Shown in pieces: positions 57,156 to 64,000 of a DNA stretch of 64,000 nucleotides. The stretch is taken from positions 32,001 to 96,000 of the forward strand of contig JAZKFH010000011.1 of the NCBI GenBank assembly GCA_040386535.1. Direction: 5' to 3'. Positions within the stretch are counted from its first letter, which is position 1. Each line of letters begins with the position of its first letter. This stretch comes from Myxococcota bacterium (lineage in GTDB: Bacteria; Myxococcota_A; UBA796; SXON01). Made by a program: the position numbers and the translations under genes. The notes under the pieces are model-generated. The model made no database searches. It was given only the letters and a program-made list of their open reading frames with translations, and was not told the origin of the DNA.

Positions 57156-57301
57156 CGTCCGAAGTCCAGGGATGCACACCCATCCCTCGACTTGTGACGG
57201 ATATACCGGCCGAAGTCCAGGGATGCGCGGTCATCCTTCGAGTCTGGACGGACATAGCGTCCGAGGTCGGAGGATGCAGGTTCATCCCTCGACCTCGGAC
57301 G
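57156..57301. repeat. Three tandem 51-bp palindromic (REP/BIME-like) units
   Basis: CCGA(A/G)GTC at 57159, 57210 and 57261. Each unit is a ~44-bp hairpin with GGATG/CATCC closing a 6-nt loop. Confidence 0.85.
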
Positions 57302-57532
57302 GAACCGAGGTCCCCGAGCGCCGCGACGCCGAGCGACGCCACCACATACCGCCCCCAGGGGCGGCCGAATTCGAAAAACCTCAACGAGCGCGCGCTCACG
57401 GGGCGCACCCCGCGCGGACGCGGGGCGGGCGCCTTGCGGGGTCGGGCTCGCGCCCTCCGTCGGCCGGCTGCGTGCCGGCCGACGGGCGCGGGCGGTCGGT
57501 TTCGGCGTGGTATCGAGGTCGGGCGGGGCCCG

Positions 57533-57562
57533 CGCCCCCCTCCAGCCGCCCTTGCGCGGGGA
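57533..57562 (+). repeat. 30-bp dispersed repeat copy 1
   Basis: CGCCCCCCTCCAGCCGCCCTTGCGCGGGGA, 1 mismatch to 58672-58701. Confidence 0.75.
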
Positions 57563-58176
57563 GGGGTCGTGCGGCGCCTCCTCGTCGACGCGGCGTGACC
57601 GCGGCGCGGCCACCTTCGGCGATCCACCGAATTGGTGGCACCTGGGGTGCGCGAAGGCGGCCGCCGCCGCGCGTACCGCTCGGGCCGCCGCCCCGTGGAC
57701 GAAGTCGGGGCACTTGGATCTGACCGTACCAATCAGACAACCGACCTTTCACGGCGATAAAGCTGGCCGGCGCCGCTAAAACACCGCGTGGGCGTCGTCA
57801 GGTAGACGTACGCCCGCTTTCTCGACACGCGGCGTGGGCATGCGTCCCCACCGCCGCTGACACGAGCCTGGCGTCCCTCCTCGCGGTCGCGAAGCCGCGA
57901 GTCGGCTTGCCAACGTCACGGCGAGGTAAATCGTTTGCCGCGTTCCGCCCCGCTCGACCCCGAGGGCGACGGGGAGATCACGCCCAGCGGCGCCCACTCG
58001 CGGAGCGCCCGCCCCGACTTTGTCTGGAGCCCGAGATGACGCGGCTGCAGGGTGGCACCCGGGACGGAGCCCAACAAAGGGTCGCGTCCAGCCGATCCTA
58101 CTTGCCCTTGACGGGTCCAGATCACGGCGGCGTCCGCTGGCTCCATTGGCGAACGTTCCCCCTCCGGTGACGCCGA

Positions 58177-58272
58177 GCGGCCAACATCCGAAATGATCCC
58201 GCCTCCGTGCCACGCGGCCAACATCCGCGATCATCCGGAATGATCCCGCCTCCGTGACCGCCACGCGGCCAA
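58177..58272 (+). repeat. Imperfect tandem duplication
   Basis: GCGGCCAA occurs three times and AATGATCCCGCCTCCGTG twice. Confidence 0.75.
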
Positions 58273-58671
58273 TGCTGGCATCGTCCGAGTTGGTAGCGGT
58301 GCAGCCGGGCTGCGCGAAGCCGCGGCGGCCGCGCGATCCGCGTCCCGCGCGGGCGGTCGCCTTGGGGCCCGCTCCTCAATGACGTCCGCATTCGGCCGCC
58401 CCTGGGCTCGCGTCCGCGGCGTCGCTCGTCGGTCACATGCCTACGGGCATGCTCCCTCCTCGCTCCTTGCGTCCGCGGCCCAGGCTCGCCCTCGGTGCTG
58501 GACATTATTTCCGGGCGGACCCTTGGCGCCCGCCACTCTGTGAGGACCAGTGACCTCGGCATGCACACGTCCCCGGCGCGCGCAGGAAGAGGTACCCACG
58601 CAACCGCCCACCGGGCGCGGGCGGCGCCGCTCGGGGCGCCGGGGCACCGCGCCCAGCGCCGGTCGCCCAAA

Positions 58672-58701
58672 CGCCCCCCTCCAGCCCCCCTTGCGCGGGG
58701 A
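58672..58701 (+). repeat. 30-bp dispersed repeat copy 2
   Basis: CGCCCCCCTCCAGCCCCCCTTGCGCGGGGA. Confidence 0.75.
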
Positions 58702-58909
58702 CGTGGTCCGCGCGACACGACCGCCCCGCGCCCTGCCCGCACGCTGAAATCGCCCGCCGCCCGAACTCCACCCAGGTGTAGCCCCGGCGCCCGGGGTGGC
58801 GCTCCACGGGCTGGCTCGTCGTCATCCAGTCTATTACCCTTGCCGACCCTGCCTCGGGAAGCTCCGATTGATCAAGCTCTTCGCGCGTGGGCATCCGCGG
58901 CACGCAATC

Positions 58910-59584
58910 ATGACACGCCGCGCGGAGCCAACGGATCGCCCGTTCGGGTGGGTGGGCGTGGGTGTGGTCCTCCTCGTCGTCATCCTCGTTCCGTTCGTCG
59001 TGCTTGCAGAGCCGCTCGACTCCTACGTACGCGAGCTGCTGGCCGTCTCTCGCGGGAGCTGGCCCACCGCCGTGATTCTGGGCGGGCTGCTCGCCGGCGA
59101 CATCTTCCTCCCCATTCCCTCCTCCATCGTGAGCGTAGCCGCGGGGCACGAGCTCGGGCTCGAACGCGGGGCACTCACCATCTGGATCGGGGCGACGGCT
59201 GGCAACCTCGCCGGCTACCTGCTCGCGCGCGCCGTCGGTCCCGGGAGCCTGTCACGCATCGTCGGCCCGAAGCAGGCACGACGGGCGGGCGATCTCGCTG
59301 GCGTGGGGCGCGGGTCCGTCTTGGTCGTGGCCGTCACGCGCGCTGTCCCCGTCCTCGGGGAGGCGACGGTGCTCCTGGCCGGAGCCACACGGATGCCCTT
59401 CCCTCGGTTCCTCGCGGCCGCGGCGGCAGGCAACCTGACCGTCGCCATCGGCTACGCGTGCATCGGCGCGTGGGCGGCGGCGCGAGAAGCTCCCTGGCTT
59501 GCGCTTGGTGCAGGGCTGGCGCTGCCGGCCGTCGCGGGCCTCACATTCCGTGCCCTCCGCCGCTGGACACCGCGCGAGCCGTGA
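58910..59584 (+). CDS. DedA/VTT (SNARE-associated) family membrane protein
   Basis: LLAGDIFLPIPSS, GATAGNLAGYLLAR, TRAVPVLGE, AGATRMPFPRF. Confidence 0.85.
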   Translation: MTRRAEPTDRPFGWVGVGVVLLVVILVPFVVLAEPLDSYVRELLAVSRGSWPTAVILGGLLAGDIFLPIPSSIVSVAAGHELGLERGALTIWIGATAGNLAGYLLARAVGPGSLSRIVGPKQARRAGDLAGVGRGSVLVVAVTRAVPVLGEATVLLAGATRMPFPRFLAAAAAGNLTVAIGYACIGAWAAAREAPWLALGAGLALPAVAGLTFRALRRWTPREP

Positions 59585-60577
59585 TCAGGCCTCGCGCTCG
59601 TAGGCCGGCACGTAGCAGAAGGTGGGCCCGGGGTACTCGGTCGTGTCGGTCGGCCCGGACGCCACCGGCCCGCTGCGACGAAGCTCGGCGGCGCGGCGCT
59701 CCATCGCCAGCATCGCGGGCCCGGCCGAGGCGTAGAGGTTGGGCGCCTCCATCCGGAACGCGGCGGACAGTCCGTCGACCAGCTCGCTGTAGGCGGAGTT
59801 GAAGGCGTGGTTCAGTCGGAGCTGATCGCTCGAGTAGCGGTGGAGCTGGAGGCTGGGATCCGTGACGAGGCACGCGGTGTCGGGGGGATGGGACGCAACG
59901 ACGCGGCGGAGCTCGGAGAAGCGCTCCAGGTGGGAGGGCTCCGTCGGCGGCGGGCCCCCTTCCAACACGGTGGCGTCGCCCTGGACCACGATCTCGTCGA
60001 TCATCGCCTCGGCCTGGGCCCGCCGTTCGGCGTGGGTGAGCGCGGTCACCGCGATCAGCTTGCCACCCGACTGGGGCTTCCCCATGACCAGCTGCCTGCG
60101 GGGCTTGATCCCATCCTCCGGCACGTTGCCGAGCGCATCGCGGATCGCCCCGTAGAACTGGGAGATCGAGGCGGGACCGCCCCGGAGGTGGCTGTGGAGC
60201 CGACGTGGCACCTCCTCTCGGGTGGGGGCACGCGCCTCGATCCGGATGAACAAGTCCAGGGCGGGGATGGACCAAGGCAGCAGCCGAAGCACCAGGGTCC
60301 CATCATCGAGGTTCCCTGGGGCCGGCGCGGGGTAGCGGGGCGCCACGTCCGGGCCGAACCGAGGCTCGCCGCCGAGCGCGTTCAGCAGGTTGCACGCCAT
60401 GCCCAGGTGCAGCATCTCCTCGCCGATCACCCGGCGGATGGCGCGCGCCTCCGGACCGACGGGGTCGACCAGCGACCAGCATGCGTAGAGGTACGGGGGC
60501 AGGGTGGCCCACTCGAGCTCGATGGCTGTCTGCAGGTCCGCGTAGAGCAATTGGGCGTCCGGCACCGGGTCTGTCAT
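59585..60577 (-). CDS. Ferritin-like protein (VioB C-terminal-domain type)
   Basis: LQTAIELEWATLPPYLYACWSL...EEMLHLGMACNLLNALGG, FIRIE, SISQFY, SHLERF. Confidence 0.85.
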   Translation of the reverse strand: MTDPVPDAQLLYADLQTAIELEWATLPPYLYACWSLVDPVGPEARAIRRVIGEEMLHLGMACNLLNALGGEPRFGPDVAPRYPAPAPGNLDDGTLVLRLLPWSIPALDLFIRIEARAPTREEVPRRLHSHLRGGPASISQFYGAIRDALGNVPEDGIKPRRQLVMGKPQSGGKLIAVTALTHAERRAQAEAMIDEIVVQGDATVLEGGPPPTEPSHLERFSELRRVVASHPPDTACLVTDPSLQLHRYSSDQLRLNHAFNSAYSELVDGLSAAFRMEAPNLYASAGPAMLAMERRAAELRRSGPVASGPTDTTEYPGPTFCYVPAYEREA

Positions 60578-60697
60578 CCGAACTCCAGGCTTGTTGGTTC
60601 GAGGGCCGCATAGTATCCTCCCCGCAGACCCGCGGAATGTGGGTCAGGACATGTGGTTCACGACCCACATTTCGTGAACCCGGACGGAGCGAGCCCG

Positions 60698-62578
60698 ATG
60701 CGAACACCTGCCTTGCCGCGGATCTTTTTTCGTGGCGTCGTCGAAGCGAATGTGCCGACCGGCAACAACCAATATCCCCCGCCCCTGGTCGACATCCCCG
60801 GCGCGGGCCTCAACCCGGTGGTGCAGGCGGATGACGCGGCGGTCCGGCGCTCGTTGATGAACGCGGACGCGGGCGGCGGCTACGGCCAGGGCGGTTGGAA
60901 CTACTTCGGTGACAACGGCTTCATCTTTCGCGGCACGAAGGTGACCGGGGTCCAGTGGGCGGACGGGGCCGTGGTGCATCACCCGGAGGAGGATGCGCTG
61001 ATCGGCCAGGACGTGGATCTCCTGGGGCACACGAGCCCGACGGCCACCCGGCGGACCGCACCGGTGACGATCGACGTGGACCCCCTGAGTGACTGGGCCT
61101 CGTTCGTGCTGGCCGATGTGTTCCGCATCGGCACCGCCAAGGGAACGGCCCTCGCTGCCAGCGGCTTGAGCATGGGCACCATGCGGTGGGTCAGCATGGC
61201 ACGAAACCTCTACCTCCGCGGGGAAGGGGGGGAAGGCGCCATGATGCAGTTCGTGGCCACCAGGGACGGCGATGGCGGGATCGAGCTGCCCGGCGCGGAC
61301 TCCCCCGTGCTCGCCCAACTCGCGGCTTGCCTGGCGCCCGGCGGGGGGGCCGACGGCGTCTCCATCCTGCTCGCCCTCTACAACTTCAACCTCGAGCTGA
61401 AGTCGGCGTTGGAGCTGCAGACCGCGTTCGCCCAGGGGCGCTACCTCACCAACCCCGCGATGGGCTTCATGGTGGGGACCGTCCAAGCCTGGAGCCGCGA
61501 CCAACCCACCCAGATCCCCCTCGGGCGCTACCTGGGGCCGACCGACCTTGCCCTGGACGCCCGCAAGGGGGCGAAGGCGGTCTTCCCGGGGCCCGCCCTC
61601 GTGCAGCCCGGAACGCGGCCGGGCTTCGTGACGGTCAACCTGATGAACACCGTGCCCGAGGTCGACGCGACACAAACCAAGGTTGACCCCGGCGCCCTGT
61701 TCCTGGAGTGGGTCCCGGACAAGGGGGGGCTCCCCCTCCGCGTCAACCCGGAGCCCCTCCCGACGGACCGCGAGTCCTATCTCGCCACGTCCGGCCTGAT
61801 CGACCTGCCGACACAGCTCGACGTGCGCTGGTCCGAGGGGCGCTTCCGCATCGTGGGGCCGGGCACGTCCCCCTCCTTCGCGCCGAGGGTCCTGCTGGAC
61901 GAACGCGAGCGGATCGTCACCACCGACCAGTGGGCCACCTACCTCGACCACGGGGAGCGCAAGCCAATGGAGCTCCGCGCCTACCGGCGGGGCGCGCCCG
62001 ATGCCCACGCGACCCTGACGGTGCGCCAGTACCGGCTCATCCCCACGAGCTTCCCCACAACGGCCGACCTCGAGCTCTCCGCGTGCCTCGTCGGGCCGGA
62101 CGATCCCACCGTGACCCCCGTGGTGGCCCATCGGACCGAGGTGCGGACGGACGAACGCGGCTGCGCGCGGCTCGAGCTCCGCGGTGACATCCCCGGCACC
62201 TGCCTGCTGCGCTTCTGGGCGGAGGCGGATTCCCCCACTTTCAAATGGGTCCCCGCGCCGATGGACTTCTACGCGAACGTGCGCGTGCTTCCGTTGGACG
62301 ACGAGTTGGCAACCCTGCCCGCCACCTGGGAGAACGTCTACACCAAGGTGCTGCGCTACTACTTCCTGGCCTACCCCGCCATGTCGCAGTACATCCCCTT
62401 CAACCGGGAAGAGAGCGTACGCGCCGCGGCCGGCGCCATCCTGGAGCGGCTCTCGTCGAAGGGCTGGCACCGCACCACCTACATGCCGGTGACCCGCGAG
62501 ATGTCGAGGGGCAAGCGCGAGCTCCTGCGGCGCTGGTGCGAGCTGCAGCTCGCGGACCTGCGGCCCCCCGACCGCTGA
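60698..62578 (+). CDS. VioB/RebD/StaD N-terminal-domain-like protein
   Basis: LPRIFFRGVVEANVPTGNN, GWNYFGDN, VLRYYFLAYPAM, YMPVTREMSRGKRELL. GGAG RBS before ATG 60698. Confidence 0.75.
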   Translation: MRTPALPRIFFRGVVEANVPTGNNQYPPPLVDIPGAGLNPVVQADDAAVRRSLMNADAGGGYGQGGWNYFGDNGFIFRGTKVTGVQWADGAVVHHPEEDALIGQDVDLLGHTSPTATRRTAPVTIDVDPLSDWASFVLADVFRIGTAKGTALAASGLSMGTMRWVSMARNLYLRGEGGEGAMMQFVATRDGDGGIELPGADSPVLAQLAACLAPGGGADGVSILLALYNFNLELKSALELQTAFAQGRYLTNPAMGFMVGTVQAWSRDQPTQIPLGRYLGPTDLALDARKGAKAVFPGPALVQPGTRPGFVTVNLMNTVPEVDATQTKVDPGALFLEWVPDKGGLPLRVNPEPLPTDRESYLATSGLIDLPTQLDVRWSEGRFRIVGPGTSPSFAPRVLLDERERIVTTDQWATYLDHGERKPMELRAYRRGAPDAHATLTVRQYRLIPTSFPTTADLELSACLVGPDDPTVTPVVAHRTEVRTDERGCARLELRGDIPGTCLLRFWAEADSPTFKWVPAPMDFYANVRVLPLDDELATLPATWENVYTKVLRYYFLAYPAMSQYIPFNREESVRAAAGAILERLSSKGWHRTTYMPVTREMSRGKRELLRRWCELQLADLRPPDR

Positions 62579-62605
62579 GGCTGGGCGGGCGTCGCCCCTC
62601 CCCGA

Positions 62606-63193
62606 TCACACCTTCACACCCGCCGGCACCGCCTCCCGCCGCCACGCATCCGCCACCATCGAACGCGTACGCGCAGCGACGTCATTCACGGGCAACCCGT
62701 CCTGGCGGAGCTCCTCCAACACGAGCGCCGGCATGATGCGATCGATGACCATACACATGCGGGCGCAGTCGCGGTAGCCACGGTCCGCCACCTGCGCGGT
62801 GGCGTCGTCGCCGAGGGACGAGGCGGTGGTGTGTAGCATCAGGTAGGCGATGGCACAGTGGCTGAAGAAGGTGTAGTCGTCGCGGATCGACTTGGACGCC
62901 TCCTCCGGCCGCACCGCGTTGATCACGCCGGCGGCCATGCCGGCGACACGGGTGACGGCCTCCTTGACCCGCGCGGTCGCGGTGCCGCCGAGGGTCTTGA
63001 GCCGGGCGTCGAGCGCGGCGTCGTGGCTGTGGAGCACCTGGCTGAACTCCCGCACGGCCTGCAGGGCCTCCGGGTGCCCCTCGTTCTTCAGGTTCGAGAT
63101 CTGCTGGTCGATGACCTGCAGCCCGTGCTTCACGAGGCTCTGCACGTCACTCACGTAGGTCTGGAGCGTATCGGTCCGGGTCGCGGTCGCCAT
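62606..63193 (-). CDS. Ferritin-like four-helix-bundle protein (DUF892-like)
   Basis: LQTYVSDVQSLVKH...RLKTLGG...VKEAV...SKSIRDDYTFFSHCAIAYLMLHTTA. AGGAG RBS. Confidence 0.75.
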   Translation of the reverse strand: MATATRTDTLQTYVSDVQSLVKHGLQVIDQQISNLKNEGHPEALQAVREFSQVLHSHDAALDARLKTLGGTATARVKEAVTRVAGMAAGVINAVRPEEASKSIRDDYTFFSHCAIAYLMLHTTASSLGDDATAQVADRGYRDCARMCMVIDRIMPALVLEELRQDGLPVNDVAARTRSMVADAWRREAVPAGVKV

Positions 63194-63305
63194 CGGTTCT
63201 CCTGGGAATGTGTCCGCGCAAACCTGCACACCCCTCTCGCGCGCGTCGAGCCCCGCGGTCGTTGCCCCGCACCCTCCGCCCCAACCGGCTAGCTTCCCCC
63301 CGCCC

Positions 63306-64000
63306 ATGCCCACCCTCCCCTACGCCCTCGGCCTGACCCCCCGCGCCCGCGTCGTCGTCGACCCCGCCCCGCCCGACGACGCCCAGCTCGACGCCACGCT
63401 CGCGCGCACCCTCGATGCAGACCTGCCTGCCGACGACGCCGGTGCCCTCCTCGACCTCGCCGCCCGCCACCCCGCGGCCGCGCTACCGCCTTCCGTCGCG
63501 TTCTTCCGCGACCTCGCCCGCGCGGTCCTCGCCGCGGCGGCCGCGTCCGTCCCCGGCAAGCCCTCCGCGGTCGCGCCCACCCGCGCCGACGCCGCCCCGC
63601 CGATGTTGGGCCACGAATACGTCACCGCCGACTCGCTCGCGGCGCTCGGCGCCCGCCTCGCGGCCACGCTCGCCGCCACCCTCGTCGCGACCGGACAGAC
63701 GCTCGAAGCGTGGCTCCACGAACGCAACCCGGTTTGGGCGGTGGTCGGGCGTGTGTGTTTCCACCTCGCCGAGAACCGCCAGAACCAGGAGCGGCCCTTC
63801 GCGTTCCTCGCGACCTACTCGGTCGGCCTCTCGGCAAACGCGGAGGGCCAGCACCGCCCCCTCGGACAGGCGCTGGCCGAGTCGGCCGCGGCGGGCGACC
63901 GCGCCGGGCTGCTCAACCTGCTGCTGCCGGTCCACCGCGCGGCCCAAGCGAGCGCATGGCTGCGCGAGCTGGTCGACTCGCAGGCGATCTTCCGTCCGCA
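63306..64000 (+). CDS. SNF2-family helicase N-terminal region (3'-partial)
   Basis: Open frame from ATG 63306 to the window end: PPMLGHEYV...WAVVGRVCFHLAEN...PFAFLATYS...HRPLGQAL, as in bacterial SNF2 N-termini. The helicase motifs are outside the window. Confidence 0.7.
   Translation, partial: MPTLPYALGLTPRARVVVDPAPPDDAQLDATLARTLDADLPADDAGALLDLAARHPAAALPPSVAFFRDLARAVLAAAAASVPGKPSAVAPTRADAAPPMLGHEYVTADSLAALGARLAATLAATLVATGQTLEAWLHERNPVWAVVGRVCFHLAENRQNQERPFAFLATYSVGLSANAEGQHRPLGQALAESAAAGDRAGLLNLLLPVHRAAQASAWLRELVDSQAIFRP

Noticed and set aside
57156..57301. CRISPR array
   Set aside because: Units are degenerate, variable parts are only 6-7 nt and no cas genes are present.
59585..62578. Violacein or indolocarbazole biosynthetic cluster
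   Set aside because: No vioA/C/D/E- or rebO/P/C-like genes in the window.

Overview
Very GC-rich bacterial DNA. The lipoprotein signal peptides and DTD/DCDD motifs suggest Myxococcota-like Deltaproteobacteria, but that is inference. All family names below come from motif recognition by eye, not from database searches. (1) 1-3.6 kb is the end of an NRPS cluster: a terminal condensation domain, a 59-aa coupled ORF missing from the ORF track, a CocE/NonD hydrolase, a JmjC oxygenase and mbtH. (2) 3.5-4.9 kb holds a tRNA-like 3' remnant with a terminator and a decayed toxin/immunity cassette, bracketed by a duplicated mbtH 3' half. (3) 6-52 kb is a near-complete extracellular contractile injection system (eCIS). 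Its ~33-kb minus-strand structural operon encodes a sheath, two tubes, a hub, gp25, two baseplate-J paralogues, a Kelch-containing tail protein, a DUF6519-like beta-helix fibre and a gp5 spike, with no recognisable PAAR. It converges on a plus-strand unit: an AAA+ ATPase with a Pvc16-like tail, a 2512-aa effector (annexin-like repeats, a hydrophobic segment, two tandem nuclease-like domains) and a two-domain immunity candidate. A 31-bp-phased array of a 19-bp motif lies upstream of the structural operon. (4) 52-64 kb has secreted proteins and lipoproteins, gene remnants, palindromic repeats, a DedA/VTT protein, a VioB/RebD-like enzyme split into two divergent genes, a ferritin-like gene and the start of an SNF2 helicase. 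The best candidate for an undescribed system is this eCIS variant with its annexin/dual-nuclease cargo.
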